A stretch of 64,000 nucleotides of DNA, taken from a virus (taxonomy: Duplodnaviria; Caudoviricetes). Shown here piece by piece: positions 8,872-19,400 of this stretch; within the stretch, counting starts at the first letter, position 1, and each line of letters starts with the position of its first letter. The notes under the pieces were generated by a model. It saw nothing but the letters and a program-made list of their open reading frames with translations. It did not search any database and was not told the DNA's origin. Location of the stretch: positions 4,761-68,760 of the IMG/VR virus record IMGVR_UViG_3300032894_000334. The stretch is one strand, 5' to 3'. The position numbers and the translations under genes were made by a program.

Positions 8872-10484
8872 CCAGGATCGACCTGCGCGTTTGGGTTTAT
8901 TTCTTCTTTCCAGTTCACGGAGTCTAGGATTGATTCAACGAACTTCAATCCGTCTTTTGCTACTTTAGAGTACGGGTAGAATGAGAGGGCAAGTTCGTGG
9001 TACATCTTGCATAGAATTGGCGAACCGGCATAGAAATAGGCGTTGGCCAAGTTTGAAAATAGCGACCACATTGTAGTCTCACCATCATAATGCTCTATCG
9101 CCCTTCTGAAGAACGTCACCGTTGACTCGTAATCCTTGTTTTTGAAAGCATACTCCGTTGCCACAGCAAACAAGAAAATGCTTGAGTGAGGCTGAAGGGC
9201 TAATGCGGTTTTTATCTTGCGCTCCGTGAAACCAGAGCCATGCAGTATGCTGAATTCATAGAGGTCGAACACCATCTCTTTGGCAACGTAGTAATAAACC
9301 AGGTATCCCACGGCGAGCCAGCATCCGACAGCCCAGACAGGTACTGCGTACTGCACGTAAGCGCCTTGTGCCAGTATTCCGAAGGCGAGCCAGAACAGGC
9401 ATTGAGTGGGCAGCCAATACGAGTTGTGGAAAAATATCCCACCCACGATGAACGAGATGACAACGGCCATTGCGAATGAGTTCTGATCCGTGATTCCCGT
9501 GTAAATAGTTGCAAGGGTAATGACTGTCCCAACGAGACCAACATCAAGGAGATGCTGGAGGAGATCGTTGTGGACCTTGCGCACGACAGGGGCGTTATAG
9601 TTTTTAGGGTCCATGAACTTCCCGTTTGACGCTCGGTTTAATTCTCTCTGCACGTAAGGTATGTGTATTTTTACGACATTGAACCCAAGGCCGAGAAGGG
9701 GATTTTTAGAGAACGCAAACCAGAAAATTTTCAAGAAGTTCAGTCTTTCTTTGGCAGATTGGATCCGGTCAGGAGCTGTGAACCGCTTGAACCTGAACGC
9801 CACGAAAGCGATTAAGGCGACGCTGACTACGCCAATTACTTCGAGCACTATGTCGGAGTGTGTTGCAAGGCCCAGGTAAAGACAACCGGCGCCAAGCGAT
9901 ACAAGGGACGTTCGGTTGTCCGTCAGGTAGATTGCGAACACCTGCAGCCCGGCCAAGAAAACAAAATTAGGCGAAATTTCCACGAGTGACATGGTGAAGA
10001 AAAATGTCGCAACCAAGTAAGGCCCAAGCACTCCGGCGTTCCTTGTAAAGCCACAGGCCCCGTAAGGGTTCCAACCATGCTCTATGAATTTTAACAGGTT
10101 AATCTTCAAGAGTTTTTGAACGATAGCGTAGACCGCATTTGCGGTTCCAACACAAGCGATTATGATGATCCCAGTGGTGCGGTACTCAGGACCTGCAAGA
10201 TACGCCCCTAACGCCAAACACCCCGTAAAGGGAAGCATCGTTTCAAAGGAAATCTCCGGACGCTTTGAAGCCACAGACCGGAAGAACCAGAAAGCAACCA
10301 TTGGAAGAACCAGCATTGGGTTAAGGGCTAATCGTTGATCAATGAACATCCACAAACCAAACAACAGGAATGGGGCAACGGTAACGAAAACCTGCCTTGG
10401 TAGAGTGTACGGGAAGTTGGACCACTTCGGCATAACCAATAAGCCCATGAACGCAATCGAGATGTAGGCCAAAAGCGAAATCAT
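8868..10484 (-). CDS. O-antigen ligase/Wzy_C-like polytopic membrane protein with C-terminal TPR-like helices
   Basis: About 12 hydrophobic segments; TDNRTSLV, PLLGLGFN, KVHNDLLQHLLDVGLVG (HNxYLQ...GxxG signature); C-terminal NLANAYFYAG...ELALSFYP. Confidence 0.8.
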   Translation of the reverse strand: MISLLAYISIAFMGLLVMPKWSNFPYTLPRQVFVTVAPFLLFGLWMFIDQRLALNPMLVLPMVAFWFFRSVASKRPEISFETMLPFTGCLALGAYLAGPEYRTTGIIIIACVGTANAVYAIVQKLLKINLLKFIEHGWNPYGACGFTRNAGVLGPYLVATFFFTMSLVEISPNFVFLAGLQVFAIYLTDNRTSLVSLGAGCLYLGLATHSDIVLEVIGVVSVALIAFVAFRFKRFTAPDRIQSAKERLNFLKIFWFAFSKNPLLGLGFNVVKIHIPYVQRELNRASNGKFMDPKNYNAPVVRKVHNDLLQHLLDVGLVGTVITLATIYTGITDQNSFAMAVVISFIVGGIFFHNSYWLPTQCLFWLAFGILAQGAYVQYAVPVWAVGCWLAVGYLVYYYVAKEMVFDLYEFSILHGSGFTERKIKTALALQPHSSIFLFAVATEYAFKNKDYESTVTFFRRAIEHYDGETTMWSLFSNLANAYFYAGSPILCKMYHELALSFYPYSKVAKDGLKFVESILDSVNWKEEINPNAQVDPG

Positions 10485-13400
10485 TTTTTAAGCTCCTTCA
10501 GTATTTCTGCTTCCCAATCTATTTCTCCGCTGGAGGTGCGGATAGGGGCGTTTGGTGTAGCCATAGGTTTACCACCTTTTTCTCTTGCTGTAACCAAAAG
10601 ATCGCGCTTTATTCTTCCAGCTATTGTCTTTCGGGAATCAAGAACAACGGTTTCGATGAGCTTTGATTTTCTGGCGTCCGGCATCTCATTGATCGCTTCT
10701 ACCTTGGGCTCCAAACGCCGCCTTGTTAGGGCAGTGGAGTCGTCCACATATTGTTTGTACTGTTTCGGCGTGAGTTGGTACTGTTTCCCTTGAATTGTTA
10801 GTATCTTGGCCGGAGGCCCCATCTTGAGAACGTTCTTGTCCTTGAGGTCCGTGATCACGTCCATCAGGAGGTCGGGACCGGACTTCCCGGCAATCGGGGT
10901 TTCCATATACGGCTTCCAGGCTTTGTGGACCATAGCCCCGGACGATTGGAGGAGCGCGGTCAGGGCATCTTCCTCCCCCTGCCAATATCTGATCGCATGG
11001 CCAACCTGGATCGGCTGCATGTTTGTGATCTGGTTGACAACAATGCTCGGCAGCCTGGAGAGTTCCCCTTCTTTGGGTTGGTGGAAGCTCTTTTTGACAG
11101 TCTTTCCGGTTGCGGCAAGTTCGGAGATTGAAGTGAAAGGCCGTTCTGCCCAATCTGAGCCGGAGAATAAGGCATCTCCTATCCTCCAGACCGGGCTTCC
11201 TTTGCCTTTCATGAGCTTGAAGGGCGCGATCATCTTGAGCGGGTCAAAGAAATGACCACCAATGCTGAAGGTCGTTCTTTGTTCCGGATCCACACCCATC
11301 ATCTGGTAGAGCTTCGAGATATCCACCTCGGTCCACCGGAATCGGTTGAAGCGGTTGGAGAACATCTGCTCCTTAAGAAAATCCTCAGTGTCGTCTTTCC
11401 AGTTGAGCATGAGCTGGGCAAGGATCGTCATCACGGCAATCCTCAACATGACCCGGGTGACGAACTTTCGGGCAAGGGCCTTGTATTCCGGTGGCGGGGC
11501 TATGTCCGTGACCATTTTGTTGATCACGCCCTCCAGACCAAGGGAGGCGAATACATACCGGAAATTGGACTCAGTCCAGTCCGGCGCCAAAAAGGTCAGC
11601 CGGAAAAGGTTCTGCAGAGTGGGGTTTCTGCCCATCCTCTTGAGATGCAGGCCACCGAAATCGTCATTGATCAGCTTGGCCACCGCTTCCGCGATTCTGT
11701 CTGGATCCGGTGTGGCGTTTCTTTTTCCAAGCCGGTACTCATCCATTGCCCCTTGGAGGGCGTGGTTGTACTCGATTGCGAAAGCCTCTGCTTTAAGCCC
11801 TGCAAAGAATTTCTTGAACAAGCTGTCAGCCCAGCTCTCCCTTTTGAACTTGAACCATTCAACCAGGCCGAGAGGCTTTTCAAGACCGAAATGAGAAACG
11901 ATCCTTTCCGTAAAGCCCTTCGCGGATCTCAACTCGAATTCCGAGAAGTCGGCAATCTCCCCAAGGGTGAGACCGTTTTTCACTCCAAGTATGATCAGGG
12001 GGTGAAGGGCGTTAATCTTGTCCAGGCCCGCCTTGTAAGCCCTCCAGGGAGCCACCTTGGACCACTTCCATCCGTGATTCACCCCGAATACCCAGGACCT
12101 GGTGCCGGCCAAATGATGGAAGAACGAACTCATCAGCACCCAGGCTTTAATCCCTGCGTTGAACCGCATGACCTCATTGAGCGCACCGGAACGAAAAAGA
12201 GTATCCGTCTGGGTCATTTTGTTGATGATCTCGGCAAGTTGCTTTGGAGCGTACAGATCGACTTTCTCGAAAAAGGTTGATGTGTCTTTGGCTTTCACAT
12301 ATGTGACTTCCTTGCCACCGCGTTCCTTTGCATACTGTCTGGCTGCTGCTTCATCATCGAAATACTTCCGGCCGACTTTCCACATCTCAGGCAGTTCCCG
12401 CGGAGGAGTCGCAAAGAATCGTTTCCCGTACTCGTTTATATGAAGCGCGGGGAAGCCAGGGATCTCCTTTTCGGCCCACACGTCGCCGGCCCACACCCAA
12501 ACGTTGAATCCATTGAGTTTGTCATATCCGTCTTTCCGGTTGGTGCTGAATAGTTGTTGGCCAAGGGAATCATAAGTGCCCATTCCGAGCTTGATGAAGG
12601 CTTTGTTTTGGATAACCTTGGTAAGCTCGTCCATGTAGATTTTGTACGCGTTGGTGATCCCTTCGGTCCCGAGTTCATATCCATCTAGAATCGCATCAAG
12701 GGCATAATGGTAGGTTCGTGGCATAGCAGGGGTGAAGTAGGTCTTGAAAGCGTGGCCCTGGCCGGTCGGAGTAATGTCCTCTCCCTTTCTGGCCTTGTAA
12801 ACCCTGCGGACGTAGTTCTCCACGAATGACTTGAGCAGCCCATGACGGTTGGCAAGGGCTCCGGCATCTCTGAACAGCTCTGCCATTTCATCAACGAAAT
12901 GGACTTGATCAGGGTTCATGCGCTCTGCAACGTCCAAGAGTCTCAGGATTTTCTTGAGGTACAGTTTATGTTCGCCCGATAGGATCCTTTTGCCCATTGG
13001 ACTATCGGCAGCCATGCCCATAGTAGTCAGGTAGCCATTTGGATCATTCAGCTGAGCGTCAGCGATTTGCCGGAACCGGTTGAAAACCTCTCGGTTGCCG
13101 TTTGCGCTGTCACGGAAAAGGAACATGGCCCGGTCAAGATCATCCGATGCTTGGCTTCTTTTCAATCTTTTGTCGTAAGCCAAAAACCAGAACGGATTCC
13201 TTACCGGATGCACTTTACTGGCGCTTCCGGCCAGACCTTGAATCTTCTTCTGAAGTTTGTTGATCGTGTTCGAGATATGGATTTCAGCGGGGTTGAGCAT
13301 TTCAAACAGCTTCACGGCCCAGGTGCGGTTTTGCTCATAGTCCCAGGCCACCTGCCGCCCTGTGGGTTGTTGGGTCAGGTTTTGGATTGCTTGGGGGCTT

Positions 13401-16400
13401 CCTGCCCTTCCAAGGAGGGCGCTGGTGAGGTCTCCTCGGTTGTACCCTCTATCTCCTCCCCTCTCTCCAGGGCTTCCAGTACCGGTAGAAAGCGGATGTA
13501 TGATTCCCGCGCCTGGTCCCTGGATCCACTCAGGTCCAACCACCGTTCCAAGATCTTGCGAAAATTCATTCCCGCCTGCTCCCAGGCTTGATAGGTCACT
13601 TTCAATGCCTGACAGTCTGCCTTTGAAACGTTGTAGAATTTCATAAACCTGCTCCTCTAAAATAGCCAACCTGATGTGTTTGACTGCCGATCCAAGCATG
13701 CCGTGTGCGATAGCGAAAGGATCGGAATTGGAATCCGTGTGTCCCTCCCCGTAGAGATGGGCGAATTCGTGTATTGTTGCGAATACGATCATGGCAGCTC
13801 GGTCATGCAGGTTGGCTGGATCTGTGATATCCATACCATTTTGTTTCATCCATTTAAGATATCTTTCATCATGTCCGAGTGGGTTGAGCGCAATGAAAGC
13901 GTACTCCGGTCCCTTGAGTTCCATTACGGTTTTCTGGTTAGGAACAAACCCGGCGATCCCCTGCATCAGCGTCAGGTAGAGCTTGCGTTCTGGCAGCATC
14001 ATCCCAGGATATTCCTTCCTCACGTTCTCCATGAGTTTCCCTACGGCATCGTAGTACTCCGACCATGCGCCGAAGAAATCCTTGTTGTCATTAAAAATCT
14101 TCCTGGCAATTTGTTTTTCCGCATCATCCTTGAACGGGATAAGGACCTTCATGCCGTTCACTTCCGATGCTTCGTTGATCATCTTTTTGAAGCGTTCCAT
14201 CTGCCGTGCGATCTGGTCCACACGTAGCTGGTCTAGGACTGGCCCGATCACCTGGCTGAGATTGTTGTTGCTTGAATCAGATAAATCTTTCCTGTTGTTA
14301 ATCCACGGGTACGCATCGGCATCTTTGGCATACTTGTCGCGTGCCGCATCGATCCTGTCTTTATCCCCCGATTCCCATGCTTCCTTGAGATCGAATTGAG
14401 ACTGTTCCGGCCTGACCGTGTCCTCAAAATCCACATAAATGCATAGGTTTTCTGGGGAGCTGAGGGGATGCCAATACATGAAGCTCGGAAGGTTGACCTG
14501 AGTGGGCATGCCTTTATTATACGTAAAAATTCTGGCTATCGGCCTCCCATCAAAGCTTTTTGTGTTTATTCTGGGGAGATCGAGTGGATCGATTTCAACA
14601 AAATAGACCGTCCCTTTATTCCCAAGGTAGTTGAATTTCATCTTCCCGGTTGGGACTTTCGGGGATCCTTTCCAGAGTTTTTCAGAGTCCCACCCAACGG
14701 TTGTCACCGTTTTCCACATATCAGAGCCTTTGTCTCCCATTGTCCTGTCAAAATCCGGTACTTTGGAGAGGGGACCCCGATCAGTGACGAGCCCAATATT
14801 CGGCTCAAGATTGATCCGCAGTCCTGGAGTCCGGACGGAGGAGGCAAATCGGTCAAGCTCGGTAACAAAATCCCTCCAATCGAAACGGGGTGTCATTTTT
14901 TCATTAAGGAAAAGTGTGACTTTCGTCCCATTCGGACCGTTGAAATCCTCCGTTCGGACCTTCATTTTTTTCGCTAGAAAAACGTCCTCTGGCTCCCATT
15001 CGATGATATGTCTCTTGCCTTCCTTAACGGTTTCCAATCGTCCAGCCTTCGGATACAGCAAGAAGAAAGCCTTCGCCAGACCGAAAGCGCCGGAATCTTC
15101 TGTCCCCTTGTTGATATCTCCAAGAACGAGAAAATTCTTTTCGATCTGGGTGGCGGTCATTCCAATCCCGTTGTCATCGAACTCCACCAGGTTCTCCGAG
15201 CGGCTCCATCTGATGGTTAAGGTTGGAGTGTACGCACCGACCTGTTTCGCACCCTTTTTTGCCATCTGGACCAAGGCATCTCTTGAGTTCTGGAACAACT
15301 CGGTGACAAGTGTTTTCGCAGGGTTTGCATTTGCCACGTCCTTCATTCGGTTGATCCAGTTAGTGAACGGATCGATTCCAGCCTTCACTTCTCGCTCAGT
15401 TTTTTGAGCGTTGATCAGTGGCCCTTGGAAAATGGCATCGGTAATCAGAGTTGTTCCGGACAGAAGCTTCAATTCTCCGTCCCTTGGATCGAAGTGAAGT
15501 TTCCCGTAAGGGCGAAGGACCTGGAAGGTCATGGCGTTTATATCGCCGCCGCCATGGACGAGCTCGACATGATCTGCAATCGGCTTTTGTGAGATCCCGT
15601 GCGACTGCGCTTTCCAGGTAAGCCATAGGTTGGTTTGGAAATGCTTTCGGGTGGCGTCATCCTTAACATAGACGATTGGCTCTTTTCCCTCGGCAAGCCT
15701 CTTTAGGAGGGCAAGTTCGTGGTCCCGTATGGAACTATGAACTGGACGAGCTTTCACCTCCTGGGCGATTTCATCGATCCTGGCTTTTATGTCCTCTCTG
15801 GGGGGCGATCTGGGAGTTTCATCGGACATTGGAGGTGATCCAGTAGGCATCTCCTCGGTATCCTCAAACCCGATAGCCTTGTCAATGTCATCACCCTCTT
15901 GGATCCTCCTGAGGGTTTCTATCTTCCTTGTAACAACGATAGCTCGCCGGTTGTCCCCCTCCGAATCCTGCCACATGGGAAAAACGATTTCAACGGGGCT
16001 CGCTGTGTTTCGCCGCGAAAACCTTCCTATCACTTGCTGGAAAGTATCACCCTGGAACGATGGGGAGGAAATGTAAACCCTTCTCGGCTTGTCTCCGTGA
16101 ACATCGTCCAGGTCGACGCCGGCGCCGCCGCTTTCTGCGGTCATGATGGCCACCTTCACTTTGTCGGCTTGAAACCTGCGAATCTCAGACAGCTTTTTTA
16201 CTTGGTTAGGGCCATATATTTTCGCAAAATCAGTTATCCCTCTCTGTTTAAGGTTCTCCACAAGGCCGCCGATGAGCTGGGGGATCCGCTTCTGTAATCC
16301 CTTGATGATTGTAGGCTCAACTCCGTGGGCAACAATGACCACCCGAAAACCGTTCGCCAAGTCGTCCGCGACCCGCTCGGAGATCCTGTCAACCTTCTGG

Positions 16401-19400
16401 GCATCGGCCCACCGAGAAAGTTCCTGGGTGCGTTGCCCCCGCAGGTGCATCTTTGCAATCGGCATCGATGCCGCAGCGATTCTTGCGCCCCAATAGTCTT
16501 CGATCCTGTGCTGTTCTGCCGCTAGGTGAGCAGGAAGCGGCTCAGCTTCAATCTTTATGTTACCGAATAGGGGATACTCCCTTCTGAGGATAGTTCCTTC
16601 CAGGATGGCTTTGTGGCGAAACTTGACGATGTTTTCCATCACCCTCGCCCAGCTCACTCCAGGAAGCCGTTCTGTGAACTTTTTGAATTTCTTTTCTTCG
16701 GCTATCCAGACCTCGCGAACTACAAAACCAAGTTCCGTGTGCAATCTGGCTTCTGGGATCCCGGTAATTCTGGAAAGGAAGTAAGCTGCTCCGGTCGGCT
16801 TATCCATCGGGGTTGCGGTGGCGTAAACTCGGTGATCGGCCTTGATATCGTTTGCGGCAAGTGTTTTTTCAGCCTCCATGTTCTTGAGATTGTGGGCCTC
16901 ATCAAAGATGACAACTCCATAGGTCCCTTGACCACCTTTCCCGACTCTGAGGCCGGAATACGTGGCGAATTCAATTTGAGAGAGGTCCATTTTGAGATAT
17001 CTGGCATCCTCTCTGAAGCGTCCCTCTATGATTTGAAGGTTTGGGGCGATGATCAGGCTTTTCTTCCCGGTTTTTTGCGCCCACAGCTTCGCAGCGACTA
17101 ACTGGATCATGGTTTTACCCACTCCAGTTCCGTCACTCAGGAGGAAACCTTTTTTCCCTCTGTCGAAGGCGTCAAGGATGAGGTTGATTCCGAGTCGCTG
17201 CTCCTCCCCAAGAATACTGTATTGTCCAGCAGGGATCTGATCTCTGGGTTCTGGTAGATTGTCTTCGTCAGCCACTCTAAGCCCTGGGCGAATTCCTTGT
17301 CGTCCCCCTCCAGGGCTAGCCTCTCCAACTCCTCCAGGAGTGGGCGGTCCTCCTGGATCGGCTGGCTCATGAACTTTGGTTCGTCTTGTAGCTTTCTCAT
17401 CTTTCGCTTCTTTCGCCTCCTGCCATGTGTCCTCGGCAAATTTGTGGAAATAGGGTTTGATCCGTTCGTCTCTGCCAATTAACTTATGGACACGGTCGAT
17501 AAAAAACACATCGGTTTCATCGTCCGTGAGTCCGTTGGTTTTGGCAAGCGCCTGGGTTTCCTTCCAGAGTTTGTCCAGGATGCCTTTGATCTTGACGTAC
17601 TTTTCTGGATCTATTGAAGAAGGGCCACCTTCGGGTAATGCTGAGATAAAGCCTCCACGGAACTGGCGGTATCCTGTCTCAGCTGCCGCTTCTCTAAGGG
17701 CGTCAACTGTGCGGTAGGCCTTAAGGAAGAACTGCGCTTCACGGCTGGTGAGCGCGGAAGGATTGACTGCAAAGATTTCTTCGATCGCATGACCAAACCT
17801 CTCTCTGATTTCGTTGTAAGTGGCCTGATCTATGGTGAGATCATACCAGGCTCCAGGCGTTTTGCCAAGAGCCATTATTCCAACCACCTGGCCCCCGTGC
17901 TGAAGGATATGGTTTGCTACTTCAGCAATAGTCCCCCCGGTGACCAGGGCATCATCGAATATGACGTACAGCCCACCCTTTCGGACCTTTCCTTCAAAAT
18001 CTGCCCTTCGGAACATCCTTTCCAGGAGTCCCTTGCCCTTTCTGGCTACCCTGCTCGCTTGGATAATGTCCGTGCTTACTTTGGCCCCGGTCTTAGAAGC
18101 GACGTGATAGGCGAACGCGAGCGGGATCTTGTTCTTGCCTTCCTTTTCGTCGGCAATGATCGGCACGTAAATTGCTTCTTTCCCGAACTTCTTGGCAAAA
18201 GCAATCTGTTCCGGTGATACAAGGGCTTGAACGAGTTTCGCAGCGGCTTCCACGTCACCGCTTTTGGCGGCTTTGAAATACGCATTTGCCATCATTACCT
18301 GGACAAGGCCGGCCGGAGAGATCGGGGTGTCGTGCGGGATGCCCTCCTTGCGCATCTGGAGCGTGTCCAGGATATCCTTTATGTCTTTCTGAGCTGCTTC
18401 GTCTCCTTCCTTTGCCTGCCCCTCAAGAGCTTTCCTCTTTTCTTCGCTTTTGGCCTGCTTCACCGCTTCGTCCAGGAAATCGGACTGCTCGCCCTTCTCT
18501 GCAGGCTTCTCTATGATGGACTCTTGTTTCCCGGTAGTAGGAGCTTTCCGTTTCTCCTCTGGAAGTTTCGCCCGTGGACCGCCCTTCGGACCCTTCTTGA
18601 GTATGCCTTTTCTAATGCCCTCGGCTATCTTCTCCTCAGTCGTGGGTTCCGTGGGCTTCAACTCGAAGGGCTTTTCGGGTTCCTCAAAAAGCTTCTTCAT
18701 TTTCTCGGCTTTGGTAAGCTCCTTCATGGCTGGGCTTGGGAATAGAGGCTTCGCTTTTTCGATGGCTTCCGCTGCATTCTCGGCAGGAGTGATGTGGGTA
18801 ATTACTCCCTGCTTTGGCGCGACTGCCTCTTTACCGGAAATAGGAGTCCCACCGTATTCAATCTTGAACCCTGGGGTAACTGTCTCTGCGGTCCCTCCAC
18901 CTCCAGGAGGCCACGCGTCAGCTGCGTCCATCCGTTCTTCCCAAGTAGTGAGCTTGTTTGCCTCTACCGGGTTGTCGAATGTCCATTGATCCAATTTTTG
19001 AAAGACGAGATCGAGATCCCATGGCTCCAAGGCTTTAAGCCTTTCTTCGCCTTCGGCCCATGTAGTGAAGTCCTTACGGCTAAGGACCGGAGTTTCCGGG
19101 CCTCCTTCCTCCGGTTCTTCCTGTGGTTGCTGCTGGTTTCCAGCTCTATCCTCCTCATCAGCTATCCTTCCAACTCGGCCAGTTTGTTCACCGAACGCCC
19201 TGATCTGGTTCTCGATATGCTTTAGCTTGAGCTGGATCGCTTTTCTTTCCTCAGTGGCCTCCTTCGGGATCTTATTCAACTTTTCGTTCAGCCTTCGCCA
19301 CTTGGCCTGGTGGTTGCCGGTGAGCTCAGAGAACTCAGTACGGGCCTCCAAGTCCTTGAGAAAAAGCCTGATGAACTCCTCCTCATACTCGCTCGCGCTC

